Shown piece after piece: positions 33,252-33,366 of a stretch of 33,366 nt of DNA. The translations under genes were made by a program, and so were the position numbers. A model generated the notes under the pieces. That model saw nothing but the letters and a program-made list of their open reading frames with translations. It was not told the origin of the DNA and searched no databases. The number at the start of each line of letters is the position of its first letter. Position 1 is the stretch's first letter. Location of the stretch: IMG/VR virus record IMGVR_UViG_3300015050_000772, positions 1 to 33,366 of that record; one strand, written 5' to 3'. Origin of the DNA: a virus (lineage: Duplodnaviria; Caudoviricetes).

Positions 33252-33366
33252 GGCATCTCCACACACATGTATTCGCCACCATCACCGGTATCGAATTTCA
33301 GCAAATCAGCATGCGTAGGCGTTTGCCTGATATTTGATGGCAGTTCGTCATTGACTATCAACACCC
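33248..33366 (-). CDS. 3' end of a gene starting outside the window (...[19 protein letters not shown])
   Basis: Open frame to the window edge; TGA overlaps the next ATG. Confidence 0.5.
   Translation of the reverse strand, partial: VLIVNDELPSNIRQTPTHADLLKFDTGDGGEYMCVEMP

Larger units (their letters stand above)
1..33366. mobile_element. Temperate P22-like podophage genome segment (excised/free form); immunity and replication region lies outside the window
   Basis: Continuous phage content: integrase/xis/att core, recombination genes, terminases, P22-like portal/coat/gp4/gp10, ejection proteins, lysis genes; no host housekeeping genes. Confidence 0.95.

Overview
The whole window is part of a temperate, P22/lambdoid-type podovirus genome; no host genes are visible. 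The host is probably a proteobacterium (inferred from protein style, not proven). The + strand (1-11040) carries the early/accessory operon: a 27-bp tandem-repeat protein, a GHKL-like ATPase, a recombination trio (putative annealase, YqaJ/lambda-type exonuclease, SSB), many small accessory ORFs, a C5 DNA methyltransferase with a second protein nested in the +1 frame, xis, a tyrosine integrase and an attP core matching the 3' half of a tRNA-Leu(TAA). The - strand (33366 down to 11037) carries nin-region genes (HNH-like protein, NinB, a 154-aa mini protein kinase, a wHTH protein), the terminases, a P22-like portal, scaffold, coat, gp4/gp10-like tail proteins, three ejection proteins, a tail fibre and the lysis cassette. 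Phage genes flank the att core on both sides, so this is the excised or free form. The most notable observations are: a DDxxD (isoprenoid synthase/prenyltransferase-like) protein just upstream of the first ejection protein; the nested two-frame methyltransferase; the minimal kinase; an apparently circularly permuted GHKL ATPase with a zincin-like tail; a thrice-repeated AT-rich motif upstream of late genes; a repeat array with only non-synonymous variation; and two convergent membrane micro-proteins ending on a 14-bp palindrome. All family calls come from motif reading and synteny; no database searches were run.
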